DNA from: Schmidtea polychroa
Lineage: Eukaryota
Direction: 5' to 3'
Assembly: GCA_044892525.1 (NCBI GenBank)
Contig: CM097885.1
Location: 3,474,001-3,538,000, forward strand
DNA length: 64,000 nt
Of this stretch, positions 23,949 to 35,549 are shown one piece after another. Numbering within the stretch: position 1 is the first letter of the stretch; each line of letters opens with the position of its first letter. Made by a program: the position numbers and the translations under genes. Under the pieces are notes generated by a model. That model searched no databases. It worked only from the letters and a program-made list of their open reading frames with translations, and was not told the origin of the DNA.

Positions 23949-24713
23949 ATGGAGCTTCACAACCCTCCGGAAGATAATTTAAAAAAAATGGTAAACATAA
24001 TGTCAGATAAATATTCAAGAACTTTATCTATAAATTCAAAAGAATCAGACTTTACTATAAACTTTCAAGATTCAATTAAATTAGATCAAAATTTAAATTA
24101 TGAATTGGGGCTATTATGGTTTTGTGCTTATAATACTATTTTTAATATAACTAAAGATAATAATAAATTTACTATTCAAACTCGTGATGGGCATAAACCA
24201 GAAATTATAACAATAGAACCTGGGGCATATGAGATAAAAGATTTAAATGATATACTTTCTAAAAAAACAAATGAAGGTATTAAAATTAAAATGGATATAC
24301 CAACTTCAAAATGTGTAATGACTTTGATGAATATAAAAATTAGTTTTTTAGATAATTGTTTCTTTCACACAGTTTTAGAATTTAAACCTATGGATATAAC
24401 AATAAAAGAAGATAAAATAATAACATCAGAACATATTATAAAAATAATAAATACAAACACAATAAATATTCATTGCGATTGTATAACAGGTTCTTATAAT
24501 AATGGTAAACAAACAAATGTTTTATATATCTTTCCCTCAAACACAGTTCCTATGGGATATAAAATAGTTGAAAGAATGAATCCTCCAAATTATTTACCTT
24601 TATGTAGAAAATATATAATGGATATTAATTTTAAAATTCTTAATCAAGAAGGAGAATTGATTGATTTTAATGGAGAAGAGATTTCAATGTATTTACATTT
24701 GAAACAGGTTTGA
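23949..24713 (+). CDS. Minor capsid (penton-like) protein (copy 1)
   Basis: FNIT..NNKF, PGAYEI, INIHCDCITGSY.NG, PPNYLPL, NQEGELIDFNGEEI..LHLK. Confidence 0.88.
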   Translation: MELHNPPEDNLKKMVNIMSDKYSRTLSINSKESDFTINFQDSIKLDQNLNYELGLLWFCAYNTIFNITKDNNKFTIQTRDGHKPEIITIEPGAYEIKDLNDILSKKTNEGIKIKMDIPTSKCVMTLMNIKISFLDNCFFHTVLEFKPMDITIKEDKIITSEHIIKIINTNTINIHCDCITGSYNNGKQTNVLYIFPSNTVPMGYKIVERMNPPNYLPLCRKYIMDINFKILNQEGELIDFNGEEISMYLHLKQV

Positions 24714-24737
24714 AGATTCATTTTAAATTATTAATAA

Positions 24738-25748
24738 ATGAGTTCTTATATTCCATGTAATAGAGGTGGTGGAACAATAAAAACAGGGTTTAATACAGAA
24801 GAAATATTAACTTTAACAGAAAATAAATATATTAATGAAAGAGGTGATTCAATGAAGGGTGATTTAATTTTAAATGGACACAAGATAAAGGAATTATCTT
24901 TTCCAACTGATGAAGCTGATGCAGTTAATAAGAAATATGTAGATGGTGTTAAAAAATATACTGATTTAACAACAACAAGAATTGAAAGTTCATTAACAAC
25001 AAAAATTGATTCAATGGAATCAAAGCTTAATAATATCGAACAACGATTTAATGATAAATTTGACAAGTTACAAAGTCTGTTAACTGAACAAGTTGTAAAG
25101 TTAAATACTGCTATATTAAATTCTAAAGATAAACAAATTATGAATACTAAATTTAATACAATATATAAAATAATAAATGAGATGATTACATCATTTAATA
25201 AAAGAATTTCAAATTTAGAGTCTCATGGAATACACATTAACACCACACATAGTATTAGAAAAAGAGCTGCTGAATTAGAACAGAATAAAACATTATTACC
25301 CCATACATATAAACATTTTATAGAACCAAGTTTAATAACAACAAACAGTAAAGAATGGGGTGTTTTTATGGTTGTAAAAATTATTGATCCTTATTTCTTT
25401 TTGTTTGATGATGATAATGAAAGAATGAAATGGTTTGTGAAATGTGATTATAATAGTAAGCTTGAAAAGGGTGATGTTATAATGACTAGTTATGATTAAC
25501 CACACGGAGATTGGTATGTTAATACTCATTCACATGGACTACATAAAGTTAAAAGTAAGAATATTCATTTTTCTAGTTCACTTGTACAATATATAGATTT
25601 AATATTTTATGAAAAAAAGGTTGATGTTGATGAAGTTCGTAAAGCATTGAGAGAATTGTATAAAGATATCCTCTCAACAAGAGTTTCTTTTGATATCCGA
25701 GTATTGGTGCCAGATGGTGCTCAGAAGAATAAAGTCTTATTTTTTTAA
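24738..25748 (+). CDS. Putative fibre/attachment protein (copy 1) with in-frame TAA at 25497-25499
   Basis: GDSMKGDLILNGHKI..L..P....DAVNKKYVD fibre/adhesin-neck-like motif plus coiled coil. The same frame is open for 82 more codons after the stop. Confidence 0.6.
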
Positions 25749-25756
25749 TTATTAAA

Positions 25757-26254
25757 ATGGAAGAAGTAAGAGAAGAAAAAATTTACCCAGAATTGAGATC
25801 ATCAGGATATTATTCCGAAGGTCACAAAGGTTCCAAGGCCTCGGCTCCCACAGAACTTGAAATTATGAGAGTAAAAGAATTTAAATCAGAAACCTTACAT
25901 TTACAAGATTTATTAAAGCATTATAAAAAAATTAAAAATAGATGGAATAAAGGGAATACAGTTATAGGTTATTCTTTAGGATTTGCATCTGCAATATTAA
26001 CAGTTATTTTACCCATAACTTTACCAGTTGTTACTCTTGCACCTGTAATACTTGGAAGTATTTCTGTGGCTGATGGTTTCTTAACTGAAATAGTTTCATT
26101 ATCTTATACTTCTAAAAAGAAAAGTTTATATAGAGAAGTTTGTTTATCAATAGAATTAGGAATCTCTAAATTATTTTTATTTCAATTAAAAGCTTTGGAA
26201 GATGGAATCCTGACAGACGAAGAAATAATGAAATCAAATCAAATAATAAGATAA
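25757..26254 (+). pseudogene. Membrane protein truncated by the duplication junction
   Basis: Identical to 29424..30026 up to the junction at 26247. Confidence 0.85.
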
Positions 26255-27080
26255 ATATAATAAAAAAGATACAACTCAACATGCTGAATCTATAATATTA
26301 AATGAGGTAATAACACAACAACAGGGGCCAACAATTAAAGCTATAAAAGAGTTGGAAGATTTCAATGAGCAAGCAAAATTTAAAGAGTTAGAAGATAAAA
26401 AACAAAAAATAAAAGAACTAGAGTGGCAGGATAAAGAAAAAGAATCCAGTGAAAACCATCCTGAAAGTCATCCTGAAAGAAATCAAAGAAAACGCAGAAG
26501 AATTTCTAATGTGGAAGAAGAAGAAATGTTTTTAAAAACAAAACCTCTTAAAGTTGATCCTAAAATTAGAGATGATTTACCTCCTTCAATTAGACCCACA
26601 TTTAATACTAATACTGAAGGATATCAAATAATAACAATTAATAAACAAAACTTTACTTTATATTCAAATTCAGAAAATAAATCACGTATTCATTCACAAA
26701 ATGTTTATAATAATGAATATTTAGACTTTGAATTTACAGATGATTTTTATAGATTACTTTGTGGATATTCTTCAGATGATGTTGAAGAAATTAAAAAATA
26801 TTTAAATTTAATAAGATTAATAAGAGCTGGTTCTAAAGCAAAATATATTCAAGATTTAAAGAATTATTTAAATAAAAATGAAAAGGGTTATGTTGTTACA
26901 GAGGGAGAGGGATTGGTTGAACCAAATCCTATCAATCTTTTTATTGAATTAAGAAAACTATTAGCTGCAAGGAAAGCAGGACATAATAATTTAGATTCTG
27001 ATATTTTAAAGATTTCTAAAGATTTGTTAAAACAAGGAATAATTTCAAAAGATAAATTTAATAAGTATACGAAGTTATAA
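26248..27080 (+). pseudogene. 5'-truncated duplicate of 22532..23413
   Basis: Lacks the start codon; begins at the junction. Confidence 0.85.
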
Positions 27081-27102
27081 ATACGAAGTTTTAAAATACA
27101 AA

Positions 27103-27567
27103 ATGACTCCTTCAATATTAGATTTTTTAAAAACATTTGGAATAAATGCAAAAACAAATTTTGATTTAAAAGATTATGCAAATTATTTAAATTTAAAAAT
27201 TAAAATATTAATGAATGATGAATTATCAAGTCTGGAGAGTCCCCTGAATATAATAATCAATTATCAAATTTCAAATGAAAAAGGATCTCATTGGGTTTGT
27301 ATATATAAGAAATCTATCTACTTTGATTCTTTTGGGATTAAACCTACTAAAGAAGTTGAAGATTATCTCTTGAGGGGTTCTCCGATTGATTCCCCAAATG
27401 GTTATACTTTTAACTCTTTACAAGTTCAACCTTTGAATACTAAAATATGTGGTATTTTAAGTTTATATGTTTTGTATAGATTGAATAAGGGAGAGGGAAA
27501 GGGGCATACGCAGGATTTTGAATCTATAATTCAAGAAATTTATAATGATCTAGAATCTCTACTATAA
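27103..27567 (+). CDS. Adenain-like cysteine protease (copy 2)
   Basis: Identical translation to copy 1. Confidence 0.93.
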   Translation: MTPSILDFLKTFGINAKTNFDLKDYANYLNLKIKILMNDELSSLESPLNIIINYQISNEKGSHWVCIYKKSIYFDSFGIKPTKEVEDYLLRGSPIDSPNGYTFNSLQVQPLNTKICGILSLYVLYRLNKGEGKGHTQDFESIIQEIYNDLESLL

Positions 27568-27615
27568 GGATTTTTACTATAAGGATTTTTACTATATGAA
27601 TTTACTATTAAAGAA

Positions 27616-28380
27616 ATGGAGCTTCACAACCCTCCGGAAGATAATTTAAAAAAAATGGTAAACATAATGTCAGATAAATATTCAAGAACTTTATCTATAA
27701 ATTCAAAAGAATCAGACTTTACTATAAACTTTCAAGATTCAATTAAATTAGATCAAAATTTAAATTATGAATTGGGGCTATTATGGTTTTGTGCTTATAA
27801 TACTATTTTTAATATAACTAAAGATAATAATAAATTTACTATTCAAACTCGTGATGGGCATAAACCAGAAATTATAACAATAGAACCTGGGGCATATGAG
27901 ATAAAAGATTTAAATGATATACTTTCTAAAAAAACAAATGAAGGTATTAAAATTAAAATGGATATACCAACTTCAAAATGTGTAATGACTTTGATGAATA
28001 TAAAAATTAGTTTTTTAGATAATTGTTTCTTTCACACAGTTTTAGAATTTAAACCTATGGATATAACAATAAAAGAAGATAAAATAATAACATCAGAACA
28101 TATTATAAAAATAATAAATACAAACACAATAAATATTCATTGCGATTGTATAACAGGTTCTTATAATAATGGTAAACAAACAAATGTTTTATATATCTTT
28201 CCCTCAAACACAGTTCCTATGGGATATAAAATAGTTGAAAGAATGAATCCTCCAAATTATTTACCTTTATGTAGAAAATATATAATGGATATTAATTTTA
28301 AAATTCTTAATCAAGAAGGAGAATTGATTGATTTTAATGGAGAAGAGATTTCAATGTATTTACATTTGAAACAGGTTTGA
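27616..28380 (+). CDS. Minor capsid protein (copy 2)
   Basis: Identical translation to copy 1. Confidence 0.88.
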   Translation: MELHNPPEDNLKKMVNIMSDKYSRTLSINSKESDFTINFQDSIKLDQNLNYELGLLWFCAYNTIFNITKDNNKFTIQTRDGHKPEIITIEPGAYEIKDLNDILSKKTNEGIKIKMDIPTSKCVMTLMNIKISFLDNCFFHTVLEFKPMDITIKEDKIITSEHIIKIINTNTINIHCDCITGSYNNGKQTNVLYIFPSNTVPMGYKIVERMNPPNYLPLCRKYIMDINFKILNQEGELIDFNGEEISMYLHLKQV

Positions 28381-28404
28381 AGATTCATTTTAAATTATTA
28401 ATAA

Positions 28405-29415
28405 ATGAGTTCTTATATTCCATGTAATAGAGGTGGTGGAACAATAAAAACAGGGTTTAATACAGAAGAAATATTAACTTTAACAGAAAATAAATATATT
28501 AATGAAAGAGGTGATTCAATGAAGGGTGATTTAATTTTAAATGGACACAAGATAAAAGAATTATCTTTTCCAACTGATGAAGCTGATGCAGTTAATAAGA
28601 AATATGTAGATGGTGTTAAAAAATATACTGATTTAACAACAACAAGAATTGAAAGTTCATTAACAACAAAAATTGATTCAATGGAATCAAAGCTTAATAA
28701 TATCGAACAACGATTTAATGATAAATTTGACAAGTTACAAAGTCTGTTAACTGAACAAGTTGTAAAGTTAAATACTGCTATATTAAATTCTAAAGATAAA
28801 CAAATTATGAATACTAAATTTAATACAATATATAAAATAATAAATGAGATGATTACATCATTTAATAAAAGAATTTCAAATTTAGAGTCTCATGGAATAC
28901 ACATTAACACCACACATAGTATTAGAAAAAGAGCTGCTGAATTAGAACAGAATAAAACATTATTACCCCATACATATAAACATTTTATAGAACCAAGTTT
29001 AATAACAACAAACAGTAAAGAATGGGGTGTTTTTATGGTTGTAAAAATTATTGATCCTTATTTCTTTTTGTTTGATGATGATAATGATAGAATGAAATGG
29101 TTTGTGAAATGTGATTATAATAGTAAGCTTGAAAAGGGTGATGTTATAATGACTAGTTATGATTAACCACACGGAGATTGGTATGTTAATACTCATTCAC
29201 ATGGACTACATAAAGTTAAAAGTAAGAATATTCATTTTTCTAGTTCACTTGTACAATATATAGATTTAATATTTTATGAAAAAAAGGTTGATGTTGATGA
29301 AGTTCGTAAAGCATTGAGAGAATTGTATAAAGATATCCTCTCAACAAGAGTTTCTTTTGATATCCGAGTATTGGTGCCAGATGGTGCTCAGAAGAATAAA
29401 GTCTTATTTTTTTAA
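28405..29415 (+). CDS. Putative fibre/attachment protein (copy 2) with the same in-frame TAA at 29164-29166
   Basis: One amino-acid difference from copy 1 (E/D). Confidence 0.6.
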
Positions 29416-29423
29416 TTATTAAA

Positions 29424-30026
29424 ATGGAAGAAGTAAGAGAAGAAAAAATTTACCCAGAATTGAGATCATCAGGATATTATTCCGAAGGTCACAAAGGTTC
29501 CAAGGCCTCGGCTCCCACAGAACTTGAAATTATGAGAGTAAAAGAATTTAAATCAGAAACCTTACATTTACAAGATTTATTAAAGCATTATAAAAAAATT
29601 AAAAATAGATGGAATAAAGGGAATACAGTTATAGGTTATTCTTTAGGATTTGCATCTGCAATATTAACAGTTATTTTACCCATAACTTTACCAGTTGTTA
29701 CTCTTGCACCTGTAATACTTGGAAGTATTTCTGTGGCTGATGGTTTCTTAACTGAAATAGTTTCATTATCTTATACTTCTAAAAAGAAAAGTTTATATAG
29801 AGAAGTTTGTTTATCAATAGAATTAGGAATCTCTAAATTATTTTTATTTCAATTAAAAGCTTTGGAAGATGGAATCCTGACAGACGAAGAAATAATGAAA
29901 TCAAATCAAATAATACAAGATATAAAGAATGAGGTTATAAGATTAAAAAGGGAGGGCATGGTGGCTAATGTTATAAGTAATAAAAAAACATCTCGAGAAA
30001 AATGGTTAAAGAATTCTTACTTATAA
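29424..30026 (+). CDS. Hydrophobic-hairpin membrane protein of Polinton B
   Basis: IYPEL N-terminus, coiled coil, ~45-aa hydrophobic stretch, ALEDGILTDEE motif. Confidence 0.7.
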   Translation: MEEVREEKIYPELRSSGYYSEGHKGSKASAPTELEIMRVKEFKSETLHLQDLLKHYKKIKNRWNKGNTVIGYSLGFASAILTVILPITLPVVTLAPVILGSISVADGFLTEIVSLSYTSKKKSLYREVCLSIELGISKLFLFQLKALEDGILTDEEIMKSNQIIQDIKNEVIRLKREGMVANVISNKKTSREKWLKNSYL

Positions 30027-30120
30027 AATGGGTGTATTTTTATAAAAGTAGATCAAGTTGCTATAGTTGCTTAAATTAATTGTCGACATTTTATTATTAA
30101 AAAATTAAATATCGTTGGTT

Positions 30121-33100
30121 TCAGTTATGTTTGAAAGCCAACCTATGAATCATTAATTTATGATCTTTAAATTCTTTATCACTTAGACCTTTTATATATT
30201 CAGGATCAGTATTAAAATATTTAATTTCTAAACATATAGGATTAAAAACTTGAGAATATAAAGGTTTCTCGATTTCTCTCTCGGGATAAATAATTTCAAC
30301 ATTATAAATATCAAGATCAGTAATCTTTGTATCATATAACTTATTCAACTTTTCTAGATTTTTTATTAGAGGGATTAAATTATTTCCAATAGGTAGAGTT
30401 GTCTTTAAATCACTTAGTATGAATCTCTTATCATCATAATTTGATAATGATACTTTTTGAGATTCTATCAAGTGAATATCATGGTTTTCACTTTTAACTT
30501 GATGTATTTCATCAATTTTATCTTTATGATTTGGATTCAATGTATCTATATAATCTTGATGAGAAAGATTCTTTGCAACCACTCTCTGTATTCCTTTACA
30601 TCTGTTATCCTTTACAGGTTTTTCTTCTTTAGGAAATATAGGATATCTATGTGTAATGGTTTCTTCTGTTTCTGGAGTTTTAAATATAAATGATCTAGTT
30701 ATAAATTCAGGGTTTCTAAATGTTTCGTATGAATATTGTTTAGCACGAATAAATATTCCATTTTCTATAGGAGTAAAAGGTTTTTCATCTTTAAACGAAA
30801 ATAGTTCTCCAGATGAATTTATTAAATTTGAAAGTATAGGATTTTCTTTCATATCTTTTTGTAAATCATGAGTTCTTATTGTTAAAAACATTGAATCTGT
30901 ATCCATTGCATGCATTGATATATTTGCTCCGTATATAGGTTGTAAGATGTTATAATATGTTTCATACATTTGTAATTTTGAAAGTTCTAAAATTGTAAAC
31001 CCTATAAATATTGGTTTGTTATATGTTTTCTCATAATTTTTTAATTCTACTGCAGTAAGATTTTCAGAAAATACTTGTGCGTTTTTAAATGTAGGCTTTG
31101 CTAGCATGCGATTATAACGCTTAATATCTTTGGTAGTATTTGTTAGGAGTTCAATATGAGTATATTTATCAACATTCTCCATTGTTTTCCCAAAGACTGA
31201 ATTGTTTAAAAGTTTATAATTATTATCTTTAAAAAGGTTACCTTCTCTTTTTGCAATGTTTCGACACCTAATGTTCTCCTCGATAAAAGCTTTCATGAAT
31301 GGAGCTTGTTTAAATCTTATGACACTATGAACTTTTTTTAATATCATTCCTCGTGAGAGATAAAATTGGAGGAGTCTATAGTGACAAAGATAAAACCTTC
31401 GATCTGTTTGATCACAAAGAAGTTTCATTGTTGGAGGTTTATCTTGTGAGATTTGCCATTCAGAAAGTTCGTTGATATCAATCTTTCTTCTTATGGGAGC
31501 TAAAGGAAAATATCTTGTTTCTGATTTTATATCATCTGGATAGACGAGGTCACATTCTATAAAGTAACCTATTGGAGAATCTTTCGATGTTGAAAGTATT
31601 TCTTTCATAAGGTCATCTGTTGGGTTCTCCATTTCAGTGAAATCACTCATTGGTAAATATTGAGTCATAATTCCTGAATATAAAGCTGTTGCATCTATAT
31701 AAAGTATAAATATAGGATTTTTCATTGTTTCTAATAATTCTTTTAATTCCTCATTGTTAATTTTCATATATGGATCATCAGGGTGTTTAGATAGTCTTCG
31801 GCTAGTAGTTATTGCATTTCTAGCTTTTATTTCTCTATTCCCCATTATTGAAGAGACTCCTCCTCTAATGTTTGTTTTAATTTGGTTAAACATATCGAGG
31901 TTAGTTAAAAGATCTATAATTTTATCAGCATCTTCTATATTTGAAGTCCAAATGGTATATAACATAGTATCCCAAGCTAAAGAGGGTGCAGTTATATAAT
32001 TATAAGGTTTAAGAACAAAAGAGTTTGTAAATTCTTCAAAGCAATCTGCTAGAATATAAACATCCAAGGATAAATACATACTTGTATATTCTCCTAAAGT
32101 TTTACATTTGAATAATTCCCACATTTTTAATGCTCGAGAATATTCTTGATCTGTAATCCCTGATTGTAGTAAGTTTGAAAAGAAATCTTCTTTGTTAGGA
32201 AGACTTGTTTCATTATATCTTTCAAACGAGTCAACATAGTCATAAGGATATATTCCTTTTGCTAAACATGTAGGATATTCTTCTAGAGGAATATTATTTT
32301 TTTCCAAGAATTCTCGAGTGATTTTAAAATCTTCTGGTTTCATTGTTTTAGCTATTCCATCTAGAGACATTTGAAGAAAGTTAACGAGTCTATAAATTTT
32401 AATTTCCCATATTCAACTGATTTATATTTTTCTTTTGTTAAGCCGATAACTTTGAAAGAGTTTTTAGCATTTGCTGCAAAATGTTTAATAAATAGATGTA
32501 TGTCATATCCAAAAAGATTATGAAATATAACAGGTATAAATTTAGGAGTATGGCAATTAAGATTGCAATTTTTATGAGCTGCTCCTCGATAATTATTTTC
32601 CTTTTTTAAATGATCATGATCTATAACTTTTTCATCAGGAAGAATATTCTGTTTACACATCCAACAGTTGGAAGTATTTTCATATTCTTGTTGTTGTTGA
32701 TTAGAAATATTTTGAGGATACTTTGTTTTTAATATTTTAAATATTTCATGTTCTAGATCATTTATATTTTTAGCAAAATGATTCAAGACTTCTTCAGGGG
32801 TACCTCCTAGAATTGAATATTCTCTAGATTCTATGAGTTCAGGATAATTACTTTTAAATAATAATTTATAAGCAGATGGTAATTGTTTAGTTTTTTTAAC
32901 ACTATTAGGTTTATTTCTTTTTCTTAGAAAGGCTTTCATCCTCTCTGGTTTCATCTTCTCTCCTGAGGAGTTCCATAAATCCATAAGTTTATTTTTTTCT
33001 ATTATTTTTAAATATTGATAAACCAAATCTTGTTTATGGTTTATAGATTCAAAGTCACCATAAAGAACTCCAACTGTTTGTAGTAAATTTGAAAAGTTTT

Positions 33101-34400
33101 TAAAATACATCTTGGGATTATTAGGCATTTTAATTAAAGCTGGATCATCTTTTTCACAAAATCTTGTATGTTTAATCATAGAGTTTTTAGTTGTTGAATA
33201 ATGAAGACATCTTTTACATGTTCCTCCTCCACTAGTTGGATTCTTTGGAGATGTAAAAGCTTGAAAGTTTTTTATTAAAACATAATGTTGATTATTTTCT
33301 TGTTCCAAGATTAAAAGATATATCTCGTTGTCCTGTGCTCCGTTATCCTTGGTTCCACTATCTGAAATATAAATTGGAATAATTTCTTTCCCTATAACAT
33401 GTTCATAAATATTAAGTTTAAGATTATTTAATTTTTCAAATTCTGGAATGTCTTCTAGTTTCATTGAGTGTTTGAATCCTTTGGGAAATATTAATTCATT
33501 TTCATATTGTTTGTATTTTGAAACTCTTTGGGGATTTGTTGCTTGAGGATGTAAATGTGCAAGTATTGACCAGATGAAACATTTGTTATCATTATTCTGT
33601 ACATTTATAACATGTTTAGATTTAAAGGGTGTAGGAATATAAGATTTAGGATTGGGTGGTAATCCTCTCCAATAATCAATCACTAAAGTTTGGAAAGAGT
33701 TGAATACTAAGTTTGAATCTCCTAATTCATTTTCTACTTCCTCTTGTTTTGCTTCTGCTGCTTTAATTATTTCTTTGATGGTTTTATCAAATCCTTTAAT
33801 TGAAAATAAATATTTAAAAGGTATTCCAATTTCAACATCTAAGGGTGTTGTCTTTTCTTCTGCTCCTCGCCAGTATTTTGCTTTGATTATAATTTTATAT
33901 TTTATAACATTATACCTTGTCGGTTTATAATTTTTTAAAGCTTCAGTGAAAGAATTTTTAATATTTTTTTTATTTTTATTTATATATTCTCCAGGAGTTG
34001 CAGGCCCATTAATTTTTAATTGAAATTCATCTATATGATTAAAATTATCCCAGTTATATTTTTCTCTTTCAACATGATCAGGTTCTCCTTCTGAATGACA
34101 TTCCTCATCGTCAGAATTTTGTTTTTTATTTTTACATTCTTTTATATGTTCTAAATAATAGAAATTTAGTTTTGTTGAAAAGTTACAATGAGGACATGTA
34201 AATATTTCTCTATTTTTCCCGATACAATTTTCAAAATGTTTATTATATCCAGAATGTAGAAATCTTCCTTTACATTTAAGACAAAGTTTTGAATTTGTAT
34301 CATTAAGATTATTTTCTTTTAATAAATGAGCTTTCGATTTTAAGTGAGAAATTAATCCAGTTTTATTTTTAAAAACTTTATTGCAAATATTACAATTCAT
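30121..34400 (-). pseudogene. Protein-primed DNA polymerase B, full length, split by a 1-nt frameshift at ~32382
   Basis: N-terminal C2H2 fingers, NKCFIWS..HY (OTU-like), YGDFES, CWMC..DHDH..YRGAAH..CNL, FHNLFGYD, YIDATALY, KLLNNSVFGK, MDTDS. One added base gives IDSLNFLQMSLD. Confidence 0.95.
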
Positions 34401-34486
34401 TTTTAGAAAAAAATTTTTTATTGGATACCCTGTTTTCATTTTATTTTTTAAGATTTATATTATTCATTTTTTATAAATTAAAAATT

Positions 34487-35438
34487 AAAAAAATGACAAA
34501 AATTTGAAACTTGATGGCGCAGTGGGAATAGATTGGCACAGTGGTTCAAAATGCTAGCGGTTCAAATCACATCTGAGGTTAGTTTTTTTTTCAACATAAA
34601 ATAATATTAAAAATTTGAAAATAATATTGAAAATAGTGTGGGTATCTTATATTTATAAAGTACTTGTATATTTTATTTTATTTATTTTATTTTATTTTAT
34701 TTTTTTATTAATTAATTATTTTTTAAACATAAATATGAAAAAAAAATTATTGAAACGGGTGATGGTGGCGAACCGGTAATTATCGCCACCAGTCTTTCGA
34801 ACACCCCCGGATCGATCCCTTTCTCGGTTGTTATCGGACCTCTTTCGGATTCGCTTTCGAATTCATTTGTACTTTCGAGCAGCACGCTTAAAACGCCGAT
34901 GAAATCGTATTCGAGCGAGAAGCGAATAATAAGGTGTGCTGCTATTATCGAATTGATTCTGATGTATGAGTCTGGCCAGCTTGTATATTGGAAGAGATTT
35001 GATAAACGAAAGAGGTTGAATAAAAAAAAATGATCCGGATCAAAAAAACTGTTGAGAGGACAGTGAAAAAAAAAATACCACTGTCCTCTCAGAGCAGTTT
35101 TACTATTTTTCATTTATTTTTTAATTTATATAATTTAAAATCAATAATCTGATAAAGATCAACTCCGGAGTTTGATTGCGATCAAAAGTAGTGTGTATAT
35201 AGCCCTATCCCAAATAGCCCTCTACCTTTTTCATAATGCCATTTTCTTTTCTATTCTCTTTTTACTTTGAAGCTTTTGAGTTTGAGGCTTTAAAGATTAA
35301 GGGTGGTTGTTTTTTAAAATATTGGGTTAAAATACTATAAAAACATAGGTTTTATGTTGTTTTTCTAATGGTTTAAGCGTAATGGAGGTATGTTTTTGTT
35401 GGGAGGGCTGTTTGGGTTGGGTATATATACACACTACT
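34487..35438 (-). repeat. Right terminal inverted repeat (~952 bp)
   Basis: Reverse complement of the left TIR plus a ~43-bp extra segment at ~35170-35213. Confidence 0.95.
34508..34581 (+). ncRNA. tRNA-like Pol III cassette A, right-TIR copy
   Basis: TGGCGCAGTGG...GGTTCAAATC...T9. Confidence 0.55.
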
Positions 35439-35440
35439 AA

Positions 35441-35549
<109 letters not shown>

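Larger units (their letters stand above)
22581..29914 (+). repeat. 3667-bp tandem duplication (22581-26247 and 26248-29914)
   Basis: ORFs repeat at offset 3667; two substitutions seen (24890/28557 and 25421/29088). Confidence 0.97.
16695..35438. mobile_element. Full-length Polinton/Maverick (adintovirus-like) element B, 18744 bp
   Basis: Termini AGTAGT...ACTACT, ~0.9 kb TIRs, 6-bp TSD AAAATA (16689-16694 and 35439-35444). Encodes MCP, integrase, ATPase, protease, minor capsid and pPolB. Confidence 0.97.

Noticed and set aside
32361..32400. Programmed frameshift in pPolB
   Set aside because: No slippery heptamer; a single-base loss in a conserved IDSLNF motif is simpler.
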